Positions 1 to 10,543 of a stretch of 64,000 bases of DNA are shown piece by piece. This DNA is from Bradyrhizobium sp. GTDB lineage: Bacteria; Pseudomonadota; Alphaproteobacteria; Rhizobiales; Xanthobacteraceae. A program made the position numbers and the translations under genes. The stretch lies in contig NZ_JAGWUA010000002.1 in the NCBI RefSeq assembly GCF_028868675.1, positions 600 through 64,599 on the forward strand, written 5' to 3'. How positions within the stretch are numbered: the stretch's first letter is position 1; each line of letters opens with the position of its first letter. Below the pieces are notes generated by a model. The model was not told where the DNA came from, searched no databases, and saw nothing but the letters and a program-made list of their open reading frames with translations.

Positions 1-653
1 GAGATATCGGGCACCGGATTCGAAGCACGGTGCGGATAGGCGACGTGGCCCTGCACGCCGTCGACATAAAGCGTGCCGGACTGCGAGCCGCGGCGGCCGA
101 TCTTGATGGTGTCGCCGAGGGCCTCGACATTGGAAGGCTCGCCCAGCACGCAATGATCGAATTTTTCGCCGCGGGCGGCGGCCCATTGCAACAGCTTGAT
201 GGTGCCGTTGATGGAGACGTCCTCCTCGTCGCCGGTGATCAGGAAGGAGATCGAGCCCGTGCCGTCGCGGCGCGGCTTGCCGTCGTTCGCGGCGAGATGT
301 TCCAGTACCGCGGCGACGCTGCAGGCGATGCCGCCCTTCATGTCGACCGCGCCGCGGCCATGGAGAAAACCGTCCCTCACCTCGCCCGAGAACGCACCGA
401 CGCTCCAGGCGGCTTCATCGCCCGGCGGCACCACGTCGGTGTGGCCGGCAAAGGTGATGTGCGGGGCCTGGTCGCCGATCCGCGCATAGAGGTTGTCGAC
501 GTCGGCGGTGCCCGGCTCGCTGAAGGTCACGCGGTGGCATGCGAAGCCGGCGGCGGTGAGAAGCTCTTCGAGCACCCCCAGCGCACCGGCGTCGGCCGGG
601 GTCACCGAGGGGCAGCGGATCAGATCGCGGGCGATGGAGAGGGCATCGGTCAT
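1..653 (-). CDS. dapE: Succinyl-diaminopimelate desuccinylase (3' part runs off the window)
   Basis: Manual translation from ATG at 653: [29 protein letters not shown]...DNLYARIG; M20 peptidase motifs ([17 protein letters not shown]); lies downstream of dapD. Confidence 0.93.
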   Translation of the reverse strand, partial: MTDALSIARDLIRCPSVTPADAGALGVLEELLTAAGFACHRVTFSEPGTADVDNLYARIGDQAPHITFAGHTDVVPPGDEAAWSVGAFSGEVRDGFLHGRGAVDMKGGIACSVAAVLEHLAANDGKPRRDGTGSISFLITGDEEDVSINGTIKLLQWAAARGEKFDHCVLGEPSNVEALGDTIKIGRRGSQSGTLYVDGVQGHVAYPHRASNPVPDI

Positions 654-770
654 GCGCTCGCTTAACATGCATGCCGTCGGGTGGGCTAGCGCCATGCGGG
701 ACGAATTCCCGTGTGCTCTGCCGGTCCGAGCCTCAGCTCATTCGCCATCCGCCACTCCCACCGCCCCACG

Positions 771-1616
<846 letters not shown>

Positions 1617-1713
1617 CGGGACTTCCTCTGCGCGGCGGGAATTTTGGATGAATTGGAGGGCTTTTTCGGGATTTGACGGGGGAGAGTCAAGGCATACTCC
1701 GCCGGGGTACGGT

Positions 1714-2403
1714 CTACCGCTTCAGCCCCGCCAAAAATTCCGTTAGATCGTCGGTGACATGGTCGACATGGAGGGCGTCGCGGCCCTCCAGCTCCCAGTC
1801 CTCGCGCACCACGTCTTTCGTGCCGTCGGGCACCACCAGCACCGTGGTCATGCCGAGTTCGTGCGGGATCGCGAGGTTGCGGGCGAGGTCCTCGAACATC
1901 GCGGAGCGCGCCGGGTCGACCGCATGGTCGGCGAGGAATTTCCGGTAGGTCGCCCGCGCCGGCTTCGGCTCGAAGTTGGCGGCGATGATGTCGAACACGG
2001 CGTCGAAATGCGCGGTCAGGCCGAGCCGGGACAGCACCGCATCGACATGGTCGGTCGAGCCGTTGGTCAGGATCAGCTTGCGCCCGGGAAGCTCTGCGAT
2101 CGCCTCGCCCAGTGCCGGGTTCGGCTCCAGCGGCGAATGGTCGATCTTGTGCACGTAGGCGAGGTAGTCGTCGGCGTGCACGCCGTGCAGGGTCATCATG
2201 CCGCGCATGGTGGTGCCGTAGCGCAGGTAGTAGTCCTTCTGGATCTTCCGCGCCTCCTCCGGCGTCACGTTCAGCCAGTTGCAGACGAACTCCCCGATCC
2301 GCGCATCGACCTGCTGCCACAGGTTGACGTGATGCGGGTAGAGCGTGTTGTCGAGATCGAACACCCAGGTGTCGATGCGATCGAAGGTGCGGGGAGACTT
2401 CAT
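1714..2403 (-). CDS. HAD-family pyrimidine 5'-nucleotidase
   Basis: [10 protein letters not shown] motif [15 protein letters not shown]; start placed at MKSPRTF. Confidence 0.88.
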   Translation of the reverse strand: MKSPRTFDRIDTWVFDLDNTLYPHHVNLWQQVDARIGEFVCNWLNVTPEEARKIQKDYYLRYGTTMRGMMTLHGVHADDYLAYVHKIDHSPLEPNPALGEAIAELPGRKLILTNGSTDHVDAVLSRLGLTAHFDAVFDIIAANFEPKPARATYRKFLADHAVDPARSAMFEDLARNLAIPHELGMTTVLVVPDGTKDVVREDWELEGRDALHVDHVTDDLTEFLAGLKR

Positions 2404-2413
2404 CGCGTCAGTC

Positions 2414-3412
2414 TCACGGTATCGCAAAGCGCAGCGTCTTGCCGCCGCCGCCCATGTCGACCGGGGCAAAGCCCGTCGTGGCGAAGCCGTGGTTGGCGCA
2501 GTCGCCTTGTTCGTTGGTCTCGAACTTGGTTTCCCGCGTGCAGAGTTGCTTGCCGCCGCCCCAGTTGAGCGGCTTGTCCTTCAGCTTGATGGTGCGGTTG
2601 TCGGCGTCGACCGCCTCGGCAAAGCTGTAGACCTGCTTCGGCTGGCCGGTGACGTCGGGGTGGAGGCACTTGCCGGGATCGACGCGGTACCAGCCGCGGC
2701 TGGTCACCGCCTTGCCGTCGTCGGTGGCGACCGCGGCCATGATCTTGTGCGGCGTGTCGTTGCACCAGGTCAGCCCCGACGCGGACGGCGTCTGCGCGGC
2801 GTCGACCATGATCTTGAAGAAATCCTGCGTCTGCACGACGTCGGACGACAGCCCGCGACTCCTGAGGAACGCGGCCAGGGCAGCTTGCGTCTTCGGTCCG
2901 TCGACGCCGTCGATCGGGGCCGCGTCGAAGCCCGCGATCACCAGTAGCCGCTGGATGCCGGCGAGCCGCGCCTGCTCGTCGTCATATTCGCTGTCCTCGG
3001 CGAGATAGGCGACGAGGTTGCCGTCGTCGCCCCGCGTCGGCGTGATCTGGGTGAAGGCGGCCTGCGTCTGCCCGCTGCGGCATTGCCGCGCGGCGGCGAT
3101 GACGAAGTTGTCCTGCGCCACGCACAGCATGTCGCTGCCGTTCTGCGGGATCGGCGAGGCGCCGTAGACGCCGAGCGCGCGGGCATTGAGCAGGATGCGG
3201 TCGGCGCTGAGCGTGCCCTGCACCACCACGCGGCAGGTGGCGGGATCGATCCGGAACCAGCCGCGCGTCGCGGTCGCCGCCTTGTCGTCGATGCCGATCG
3301 CGGCCTCCACGACGTAGCTCATGCGGTTGCAGATCTTCAGGTCGGCAAGCGCAGGTCCGGAGGAGGCGAACAGCGACACGACGATGGCCGGCAAGGACAG
3401 CAGGATCTGCAT
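2414..3412 (-). CDS. Secreted DUF1036-domain protein with a putative peptidoglycan-binding segment
   Basis: Signal peptide; two LKICN/LTWCN...RGW(F/Y)R(I/V)DP repeats; IQRLL..GFD..PIDGVDGPKTQAAL; start approximate. Confidence 0.75.
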   Translation of the reverse strand: MQILLSLPAIVVSLFASSGPALADLKICNRMSYVVEAAIGIDDKAATATRGWFRIDPATCRVVVQGTLSADRILLNARALGVYGASPIPQNGSDMLCVAQDNFVIAAARQCRSGQTQAAFTQITPTRGDDGNLVAYLAEDSEYDDEQARLAGIQRLLVIAGFDAAPIDGVDGPKTQAALAAFLRSRGLSSDVVQTQDFFKIMVDAAQTPSASGLTWCNDTPHKIMAAVATDDGKAVTSRGWYRVDPGKCLHPDVTGQPKQVYSFAEAVDADNRTIKLKDKPLNWGGGKQLCTRETKFETNEQGDCANHGFATTGFAPVDMGGGGKTLRFAIP

Positions 3413-3447
3413 CAGTAAGGATCGACGTCGTTGCCTCAATCTCCGCT

Positions 3448-3560
3448 CGTCATGCCCGGGCTTGACCCGGGCATCCACGCCTTTGCCGCCGAAGGAAACA
3501 TCGTGGATGACCGGGACGTCTTGGCCAGGACGCGCTCCGCGCTCTTGCCCGGCCATGACG
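3448..3560. repeat. REP-like palindromic element (CGTCATGCCCGGGCTTGACCCGGGCATCCAC...CCCGGCCATGACG)
   Basis: Internal hairpin plus terminal CGTCATG/CATGACG inverted repeat, intergenic. Confidence 0.75.
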
Positions 3561-3585
3561 CTTTCCCTTCGTGGCGTTCCGCCCA

Positions 3586-4473
3586 TCACTTGTGGATCAG
3601 CGTGCCGGTGCCCTGGTTGGTGAAGAGTTCGAGCAGCACCGCATGCGGCATCTTGCCGTCGATGATGACGACGCCCTGGACGCCCTGCTCGAGCGCGTAG
3701 ATGCAGGTCTCGACTTTCGGAATCATGCCGCCCGAGATGGTGCCGTCGGCGATCAGTTTTCGCGCGTCCTTCACGGAGAGCTCGGGAATGAGCTTCTTGG
3801 ACTTGTCGAGCACGCCCGGCACGTCGGTGAGAAGCAGCAGGCGCTTGGCCTTCAGCGCGCCGGCAACGGCACCTGCAAAGGTGTCGGCGTTGACGTTGAA
3901 GGTCTCTCCCGTCTTCGAGGTCGCAAGCGGCGCCAGCACCGGGATCAGTTCGTAGCCGATCAGCTGGTTGAGTAGGGTCAGATCCACCTTGTCCGGCTCG
4001 CCGACGAAGCCGAGATCGACGACCTTCTCGATGTTGGAGCCAGGGTCGACCATGCTGCGCGTCGCCTTGGTGGCGGTGACCATGTTGCCGTCCTTGCCGC
4101 AGAGGCCGACGGCCTTGCCGCCGGCCTCGTTGATGTAGCCGACGAGCTGCTTGTTGATCGAGCCGGCGAGCACCATTTCGACGATCTCGATGGTGGCGGC
4201 ATCGGTGATGCGCAGGCCCGCCGCGAATTCCGACTGGATGCCGAGGCGCTTCAGCATGCTCGCGATCTGCGGCCCGCCGCCGTGCACCACCACCGGATTG
4301 ATCGCGGTCTGCTCCAGCAGCACGATGTCGCGCGCAAAATTCTTCGCGGTCGCCTCGTCGCCCATGGCATGTCCGCCATATTTGATGACGATGGTTTCCT
4401 CGTCATATTGCTGCATGTGCGGCAGCGCTTCGGACAGGATGCGGGCCTGATCGAGCGGTGAGATTTCGGTCAT
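3586..4473 (-). CDS. argB: Acetylglutamate kinase
   Basis: [40 protein letters not shown]; ATG at 4473. Confidence 0.97.
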   Translation of the reverse strand: MTEISPLDQARILSEALPHMQQYDEETIVIKYGGHAMGDEATAKNFARDIVLLEQTAINPVVVHGGGPQIASMLKRLGIQSEFAAGLRITDAATIEIVEMVLAGSINKQLVGYINEAGGKAVGLCGKDGNMVTATKATRSMVDPGSNIEKVVDLGFVGEPDKVDLTLLNQLIGYELIPVLAPLATSKTGETFNVNADTFAGAVAGALKAKRLLLLTDVPGVLDKSKKLIPELSVKDARKLIADGTISGGMIPKVETCIYALEQGVQGVVIIDGKMPHAVLLELFTNQGTGTLIHK

Positions 4474-4550
4474 GAAGCTGATCTCGCTGGCGGGACGGTT
4501 CGGGCCGCGTTCTATCCGATTGGCGGGCAGGGCGCAAAGTGTGACTGCCA

Positions 4551-4635
4551 CGTAGCCCGGATGGAGCGCAGCGAAATCCGGGGCCGGAGCCGACGGCGTG
4601 ATACCCGGATTGCGCTGCGCTCCATCCGGGCTACG
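4551..4635. repeat. GTAG-type REP inverted pair
   Basis: CGTAGCCCGGATGGAGCGCAGCGAAATCCGGG (4551-4582) and its near-perfect reverse complement (4604-4635). Confidence 0.85.
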
Positions 4636-4637
4636 GA

Positions 4638-5006
4638 TCAGCCTCGCGGCCACACTGCGGCGACGGTCAGCGCCAGCCAGCTTGCGATCATCAGCGTACC
4701 GCCGGTCGGGGCGGCGTAGGGAAACAGCGCGTGGCCGGCATATTGGCGCATGGTCAGGTCGCCGGCGAACAGGGCGGCGCCGGTCACGAAGCCGAAGGCG
4801 GCGGCACGGCCAATTCCGCCGTGCAGAAGGCCGCGCGCGAGCAGCGCCGTGGTTGCCAGGACGGCAGTGGCATGAAACAGCAGCATCGAGCTCGCGGCGG
4901 CGAGCCGGCTCGCGTCCGTGCCGTGGGCGGAGGCTGCCGCCAGCACCACGCCGGCCGCGCCCATCAATCCGGCCAAGGCGATCAGGATGCGGAACGCGCG
5001 CGACAT
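4638..5006 (-). CDS. DUF423-family small membrane protein
   Basis: 122 aa hydrophobic; [26 protein letters not shown]. Confidence 0.8.
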   Translation of the reverse strand: MSRAFRILIALAGLMGAAGVVLAAASAHGTDASRLAAASSMLLFHATAVLATTALLARGLLHGGIGRAAAFGFVTGAALFAGDLTMRQYAGHALFPYAAPTGGTLMIASWLALTVAAVWPRG

Positions 5007-5007
5007 C

Positions 5008-5661
5008 TCAGGCCCTGCGCTCGTCCAGCAGCCGCACCATGGCGGCGCGCAGTTCGGCCATGCCGGCGCCGGTGCGCGACGAGGTCGCCAGCACGACCGG
5101 AAAGGCGGCCGGGTGTTTTGCCAGTGCAGTTTCCGTCTCGGCGACGCGGCCCGCGAGTTCGGCCGGCTTGGCCTGGTCGGCCTTGGTCAGCACCACCTGG
5201 TAGCTGACGGCGGCGCGGTCGAGCGTCTTCAGCACGTCGAGATCGACGTCCTTCAGCCCATGGCGGGCGTCGACCAGCACGTAGACGCGCGCGAGCGAAC
5301 TGCGGCCCTGCAGGAATTTGTGGATCAGCGCGGTCCACGACGCCACCTTGGTCTTCGGGGCCGCGGCGTAGCCGTAGCCGGGCATGTCGACCAGGCGCAG
5401 GCCGGCGCTCTCGGGCCCCTCGAAGAAGATCAGCTCCTGGGTGCGACCCGGCGTATGCGAGGTGCGCGCGAGGTTGCTGCGGGAGGTCAGCGCGTTGATC
5501 AGGCTGGACTTGCCGACATTGGAGCGCCCCGCAAAGGCGACCTCGAGCCCCGCCATCGGCGGCAGCGTCTCGATCGAGGGCGAGGCCCACACGAAGCGCC
5601 AGTCGCCGGCGAACAGCTTTCGCCCCGCCTCGATCAGCCTCGCATCGGTGTCGTCGGTCAT
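5008..5661 (-). CDS. engB: Ribosome biogenesis GTPase EngB/YihA/YsxC
   Basis: FAGRSNVGKSSLINAL, TPGRTQ, DMPGYG, TKAD. Confidence 0.96.
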   Translation of the reverse strand: MTDDTDARLIEAGRKLFAGDWRFVWASPSIETLPPMAGLEVAFAGRSNVGKSSLINALTSRSNLARTSHTPGRTQELIFFEGPESAGLRLVDMPGYGYAAAPKTKVASWTALIHKFLQGRSSLARVYVLVDARHGLKDVDLDVLKTLDRAAVSYQVVLTKADQAKPAELAGRVAETETALAKHPAAFPVVLATSSRTGAGMAELRAAMVRLLDERRA

Positions 5662-5684
5662 GCGAAGCTCACAATTGGCTATTC

Positions 5685-5771
5685 CGTCATTGCGAGCGAA
5701 GCGAAGCAATCCATAAATGCCTCGGCGAAGACAGTCTGGATTGCTTCGTCGCTTCGCTCATCGCAATGACG
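5685..5771. repeat. REP/RPE-like palindromic element
   Basis: CGTCATTGCGAGCGAAGCGAAGCAATCC...GGATTGCTTCGTCGCTTCGCTCATCGCAATGACG inverted repeat between engB and yidC. Confidence 0.85.
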
Positions 5772-5784
5772 ACGCTACCGCGGC

Positions 5785-7647
5785 CTACGTCGCCTTCTTC
5801 GCGAACGCGGCCTTGAGATTGTCGAACAGCTCCACCTTCACGCCGTTGCGGCGCATGATGAAGCTCTGCTGGATCACGGAGAGCAGGTTGTTCCAGGCCC
5901 AGTAGATCACGAGGCCCGCCGGGAAGCCCGCCAGCATGAAGGTGAAGATCAGGGGCATCCAGTCGAAGATGATCTTCTGCGTCGGATCGGGCGGCGTCGG
6001 GTTCAGCTTCATCTGGAACCACATCGTGATGCCCATGATGATCGGCCAGACGCCGAGCGCGAGATAGTGCCCGAACACCGGGAGCTGCGTCGGATCGAAG
6101 TGCAGCAGCCCGAACAGGTTGAACAGATTGGTTGGGTCCGGCGCCGAGAGGTCCTTGATCCAGCCGTAGAACGGCGCATGACGCATCTCGATGGTGACGA
6201 ACAGCACCTTGTAGAGCGAGAAGAATACCGGAATCTGCAGCGCCACGGGAAGACAGCCGGCGACCGGATTGATCTTCTCCTTGCGGTAGATTTCCATCAT
6301 CTCCTGCTGCTGCTTCACCTTGTCGTCGGGATAGCGCTCCTTCAGCGCCTGCAGCTGCGGTTGCACCGATTTCATCTTCGCCATCGAGGCGTAGGACTTG
6401 TTCGCCAGCGGGAAGAACAAAAGCTTCACGATCACGGTCACGAGCAGGATCGCGATGCCGAAATTTCCGACGAGGCGGTAGAAGAAATCCAGTCCCAGGA
6501 ACATCGGCTTGGTGATGAAGTAGAACCAGCCCCAGTCGATCAGGAGATCGAAGTGGTTCAGGCCGAGGTCCTTGTTGTAGCCGCCAAGCCCTGCGAACGG
6601 GAAGTTGATGCCGACGACGCTGGCTTCCTTGGCGCCCGCGAACAGCCGCGCATTCGCCGTGCCGGTGCCGCCGATCGCGATCGTCTGCGGGTCGAGCAGG
6701 TAGTCGGTCTGGTAGGAGCGCACGTTGTTGACGAGGTTCGACGAATAGCGCGCCTGCAGCTGCGCCGTGGTGTCGGGCAGCAGCGCCGAGGCCCAGTACT
6801 TGTCGGTGATGCCGAGCCAGCCGTTGGTGACCTTGAAGCTCACCTGCTTGGCCTCGTCGATCTTCTTGTAGCCGTATTCCTGCAGGCCCTGGTCGCCGAG
6901 ATAGCCGATCAGGCCTTCATGCAGGATGTAGTAGCCGGAGACGTGCGGCGTGCCGTGGCGCGAGATGAGTGCGAAGGGATAGAGCGTGACCGGCGCACTG
7001 CCGACATTGGTCACGTCGTCGCGGACGGTGAAGAGATAGCGCTCGTCCACCGAGATGCGGCGGCGGAAGGTGAGGCCCTCGCCGTTGTCGTATTTCAAGA
7101 CCACCGGCGAGGTCGGCGTCAGCGCGCCCGAGCCTTCCTGCTGCCAGATCGTGTTCTGGTCGGGCAGCCGAACCGTCGAGCCGGTCGCCGGCACCCAGCC
7201 GAACTCGGCGTAATAGGGCTCCGCGGTGCCCGAGGGCGAATAGAGGATGATCGCGGGCGAACTCGGATCGACCGTGTCGCGGAACTGCACCAGCGCGAGG
7301 TCGTCGATCCGCGCGCCCTTCAGGGAGATGCTGCCGGTGAGGCGCGGGGTGTCGATCTTGACGCGCGGGGAGGCGGCGATCGCCGTCGCGCGGCTGACCA
7401 CGGGCTGGGCCTGCTGGTTTGCACCGGGCGCGGCCTGCGGCGTGGAGCCCGCCTGCGGGCTTCCGGTGGGCGTCGCCGCCGGCGTCGCGGCGGCGTTCGG
7501 CTGATCCGTGTTCTTCTGCAACTCGGCCTGCGTCTGGCTCTGCGCGCGCTGCCGCTCCATCTGCGGCATGTTGTAGAAGTACTGCCAGGCGATCAGCACC
7601 AGGCCGGACAGAATGATGGCGAGGATGGTATTGCGATTGTCGGTCAT
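5785..7647 (-). CDS. yidC: Membrane protein insertase YidC
   Basis: MTDNRNTILAII, DWGWFYFITKP, GCLP, DLSAPDP, GLVIYWAWNN; follows rnpA. Confidence 0.97.
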   Translation of the reverse strand: MTDNRNTILAIILSGLVLIAWQYFYNMPQMERQRAQSQTQAELQKNTDQPNAAATPAATPTGSPQAGSTPQAAPGANQQAQPVVSRATAIAASPRVKIDTPRLTGSISLKGARIDDLALVQFRDTVDPSSPAIILYSPSGTAEPYYAEFGWVPATGSTVRLPDQNTIWQQEGSGALTPTSPVVLKYDNGEGLTFRRRISVDERYLFTVRDDVTNVGSAPVTLYPFALISRHGTPHVSGYYILHEGLIGYLGDQGLQEYGYKKIDEAKQVSFKVTNGWLGITDKYWASALLPDTTAQLQARYSSNLVNNVRSYQTDYLLDPQTIAIGGTGTANARLFAGAKEASVVGINFPFAGLGGYNKDLGLNHFDLLIDWGWFYFITKPMFLGLDFFYRLVGNFGIAILLVTVIVKLLFFPLANKSYASMAKMKSVQPQLQALKERYPDDKVKQQQEMMEIYRKEKINPVAGCLPVALQIPVFFSLYKVLFVTIEMRHAPFYGWIKDLSAPDPTNLFNLFGLLHFDPTQLPVFGHYLALGVWPIIMGITMWFQMKLNPTPPDPTQKIIFDWMPLIFTFMLAGFPAGLVIYWAWNNLLSVIQQSFIMRRNGVKVELFDNLKAAFAKKAT

Positions 7648-7660
7648 CTCATGAATCTCG

Positions 7661-8074
7661 TCATCGATCCGGTTTGCGGCTTGCGCCGGGATGTGTCCCA
7701 CGGCCCGTCGGCGCCTGCCGCCAAGACTTGGCTCGCGGCTTGGCTGGCGGCTTGGCTGCCGGCTTGGCAATCGCCGCGCGGAGGTCGTCGAGCATGGCCG
7801 CGAAGTCGCGCGTGAGCGCTGCCCGCCGGCCGACTAGCACATAATCATGATGGGGTCGCACCGATACCGGGTCGAGGCGCTTCACCAATTCGCGAAGCCT
7901 GCGCCGGATGCGATTGCGTTCGGTGGCCGTGCCGTTCTTCCTGGTAACGGTGAAGCCGATCCGGCTCGGGCCGTCATCGTCGCGGCGTCGGCTTTGCAGC
8001 ACGAACGCGCTGGCGTTCGCCCGCGCGCCATTGGCAACGGCGAGGAAGTCCGCCCGCTGCCTCAGCCGATCCAT
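7661..8074 (-). CDS. rnpA: Ribonuclease P protein component
   Basis: MDRLRQRADFL, RIGFTVTRK, RNRIRRRLRE; between rpmH and yidC. Confidence 0.93.
   Translation of the reverse strand: MDRLRQRADFLAVANGARANASAFVLQSRRRDDDGPSRIGFTVTRKNGTATERNRIRRRLRELVKRLDPVSVRPHHDYVLVGRRAALTRDFAAMLDDLRAAIAKPAAKPPAKPRAKSWRQAPTGRGTHPGASRKPDR
7727..7768. repeat. 3.5 x 12-bp tandem repeat inside the rnpA 3' end
   Basis: CTTGGCTCGCGG/CTTGGCTGGCGG/CTTGGCTGCCGG/CTTGGC, encoding AKPx repeats. Confidence 0.8.
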
Positions 8075-8106
8075 GATGAAATCCCAAAAGAGCCGGGGCC
8101 TTGGCT

Positions 8107-8241
8107 TTAGGCGCTCAGACGCTTGCGGCCGCGGGCGCGGCGGGCGGCGAGGACCTTGCGGCCGCCCGCGGTGGCGAGACGGGCGCGGAAGCCGTGACGG
8201 CGCTTGCGCACCAGTTTGCTGGGTTGATAAGTCCGCTTCAC
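8107..8241 (-). CDS. rpmH: 50S ribosomal protein L34
   Basis: GTG start; (M)[43 protein letters not shown]. Confidence 0.97.
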   Translation of the reverse strand: MKRTYQPSKLVRKRRHGFRARLATAGGRKVLAARRARGRKRLSA

Positions 8242-8594
8242 GGGTTTTTCTCCGCTGACCGGGCAATCTGCCTGTAGAATTGAAGGTTTACGTCCGGAAG
8301 ATGTGGCCCAAAACGGGCCGATTCCGGCCCCAAAAGAGCCGCTCCCGGCGAGAGCCGGGTCAACGCGGACAATTCGGGGCGGCTTATAAGGGAGCGTCCC
8401 GTTTTCGTCAACGTCGCCGGATGCCTCAGCAACGGCGAATATCGCTGTTTCCGCGGGGTTTTTGACCTTTGAGGATGGCGATCCGCCGCGGGCGGGCCTA
8501 CATCCCAAGTCGGGAGATTAGCGATCCGTAATTTGACGGGCTGCGGTCGCGGCCCGCATCTTCGAGGCCAAGAGGCGAGCGGAAGGCGAATTTC

Positions 8595-10088
8595 GTGTCA
8601 GCGACCGACATCCAGCCAACCCAGGACGAGCCGACCCGGCGGGCCGCGCGGCCCCAGGGCCCGCGCCGGCTCGGGCTATCGGGCAAATTGCTGCTGCTGA
8701 CCATCCCCCTGGTGATGATCGCCGGCATGCTGATCTATGTGCCAGCCATCGCCAATTTCTGGATGAACCGGCTCAACGACCGCTTGGCGGCTGCCAACAC
8801 GGCCGCGCTGGTGCTGGACGCCGCCCCCTCCGGCATGGTGCCGGAATCCTTGTCCCGCCAGATCCTGAAGAGCATCGGCGCCCGCGGCGTGGCCATCAAG
8901 CTCGGCCAGCAGCGCCGGCTGCTTGCCAGCGCCGACCTGCCTGCGGCGATCGACCATGATCTCGACATCCGCTCCATGTCGGTCTGGGACGCCATCACCG
9001 GCTCGTTCCAGATGATGCTGGAGACCGGCAACCAGACCATCCGCATCGTCGGGCCGGCGCCGGGCGGGGCGCAGTTCATCGAGGTCGTCACCGACGAACT
9101 GCCGATTCGCCTGGCGATGTACCGCTTCTCGCGCAACGTGCTGATCGTCTCGCTTCTGATCGCGGGCCTGACCGCGGGGCTGGTCTACCTCGCCTTGCAC
9201 TATCTCTTCGTGCGGCCGATGCGCAGGCTGACGGCGAGCCTGGTCGGATTCCACGAGAATCCCGAGAGCTCGGCCGGCATCATCGTGCCGAGCCAGCGCG
9301 GCGACGAGATCGGGGTGGCCGAGCGCGAATTGTCCGACATGCAGCGCGACCTGATGTCGATGCTGAACCAGAAGAGCCGGCTCGCCGCACTTGGGCTCGC
9401 AGTCTCCAAGATCAACCACGATCTGCGCAACCTGCTGGCCTCGGCGCAGCTCTTGTCGGATCAACTCGCCAGCGTGCCTGATCCGCGCGTGCAGCGTTTT
9501 GCGCCAAAGCTCGTGCGCTCGCTGGAGCGCGCCATCGCTTTCTGCCAGTCGACCCTGTCCTACGGCCGCGCCCAGGAGGCCGCGCCCGACCGCCGCATGA
9601 TCCTGATCGAGACGGTCGTGACGGAGGTGCGGGAAACCGCGGGCCTGGCCGCCGACGCCTCGATCGCCTGGGTGTCGGCGATCGAGCGTGGACTGTCGGT
9701 GGACGCCGACCCGGACCAGTTGTTCCGGGTGCTGCTCAATCTCGTGCGCAATGCCGCCCAGGCGCTGGAGACCCAATCGTCCGGCGCGATCGGCCCGCGG
9801 CAGATCCGCATTACCGGACGCCGCGAGGGTGCGGTCGCCATCCTGGAGGTCTCCGACACCGGCCCGGGCGTACCCGAAACGACGCGGGGGCACCTGTTCG
9901 AGGCGTTCCAGAGTTCCGGTCGTCCCGGCGGCAGCGGGCTCGGGCTTGCAATCGCCGCTGAACTCGTCCGCGCCCATGGCGGCGACATCCATTTGGTCGA
10001 AGGCACCATTGGCGCCACCTTCCGGATCGTGATCCCCGACCGTCCCGTGGAACTCCAGATCATCCGCAACGAGCGTGCGCGGGCGTAG
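8595..10088 (+). CDS. HAMP-domain sensor histidine kinase
   Basis: Two TM segments, HAMP (RGDEIG), H-box INHDLRN, N-box NLVRNA, DTGPG, GSGLGL. Confidence 0.93.
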   Translation: MSATDIQPTQDEPTRRAARPQGPRRLGLSGKLLLLTIPLVMIAGMLIYVPAIANFWMNRLNDRLAAANTAALVLDAAPSGMVPESLSRQILKSIGARGVAIKLGQQRRLLASADLPAAIDHDLDIRSMSVWDAITGSFQMMLETGNQTIRIVGPAPGGAQFIEVVTDELPIRLAMYRFSRNVLIVSLLIAGLTAGLVYLALHYLFVRPMRRLTASLVGFHENPESSAGIIVPSQRGDEIGVAERELSDMQRDLMSMLNQKSRLAALGLAVSKINHDLRNLLASAQLLSDQLASVPDPRVQRFAPKLVRSLERAIAFCQSTLSYGRAQEAAPDRRMILIETVVTEVRETAGLAADASIAWVSAIERGLSVDADPDQLFRVLLNLVRNAAQALETQSSGAIGPRQIRITGRREGAVAILEVSDTGPGVPETTRGHLFEAFQSSGRPGGSGLGLAIAAELVRAHGGDIHLVEGTIGATFRIVIPDRPVELQIIRNERARA

Positions 10089-10114
10089 GGGCTCCTCTCC
10101 GCTCAGCCCGCACC

Positions 10115-10211
10115 CGTCATTCCCGGTTGGCGCAACGTGCCGACCTCGCAATCCGGAGGCGTTTGGCGCGAGATTTGCCGCTTCGGTGCTCCGCATCGCC
10201 CCGGAATGACG
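10115..10211. repeat. Degenerate REP-like palindrome
   Basis: CGTCATTCCCGG...CCGGAATGACG termini, just after the kinase stop. Confidence 0.6.
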
Positions 10212-10367
10212 GCGGGGAGGGTCGGCGACGCCCCCGAAATACTGCCGTCCCGGACCTTGCCAATCGGGGCGAGAGCGGCTAGTCAGAGCGCTCTTTCGCA
10301 GCCCTTCCGGCCTCGTTCCGGAAGTTGCGTGTGCGGGCTGACGGCCCGCATCGCCTCTCGCGAAAAC

Positions 10368-10444
10368 GCGCCCGTAGCTCAGCTGGATAGAGCATCAGAC
10401 TACGAATCTGAGGGTCGGACGTTCGAATCGTTCCGGGCGCGCCA
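10368..10444 (+). tRNA. tRNA-Arg(ACG)
   Basis: 77 nt GCGCCCG...CGGGCGC GCCA; anticodon stem TCAGA/TCTGA with loop CTACGAA; T-loop GTTCGAATC. Confidence 0.97.
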
Positions 10445-10456
10445 GTTGTTCCGTCC

Positions 10457-10467
10457 TCATCGGACGC
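10457..10467 (+). repeat. Left copy of 11-bp direct repeat TCATCGGACGC
   Basis: Identical to 57008-57018. Confidence 0.7.
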
Positions 10468-10543
10468 GCAGCGTTTGATCCGCGTCAATGCCGCTTTCTC
10501 CCGGCTCCGCCAGCCTTCTCCATCATTGCGGCGGAGCGAGGCG

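Noticed and set aside
1673-1690. FNR box upstream of dapD (and TTGAC-N9-GTCAA at 60731-60749)
   Set aside because: Spacers are 8 and 9 nt rather than 4; more likely -35 elements
3448-5771. CRISPR array
   Set aside because: The repeats are isolated inverted pairs of differing sequence; no direct repeat-spacer periodicity and no cas genes anywhere in the window
6067-7815. Long antisense ORFs (also 8676-10196, 12177-14258, 14234-16324, 27098-28639, 33785-35746, 43571-46093, 58032-59606, 60334-61911, 62086-63861)
   Set aside because: They mirror well-supported genes on the opposite strand, have no motifs, and are expected in high-GC DNA with few stop codons
10368-10444. Classical integrase-type island with attR duplicating the tRNA 3' end
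   Set aside because: No second copy of TTCGAATCGTTCCGGGCGCGCCA was seen and no recombinase ORF is present; an attR beyond the window cannot be excluded
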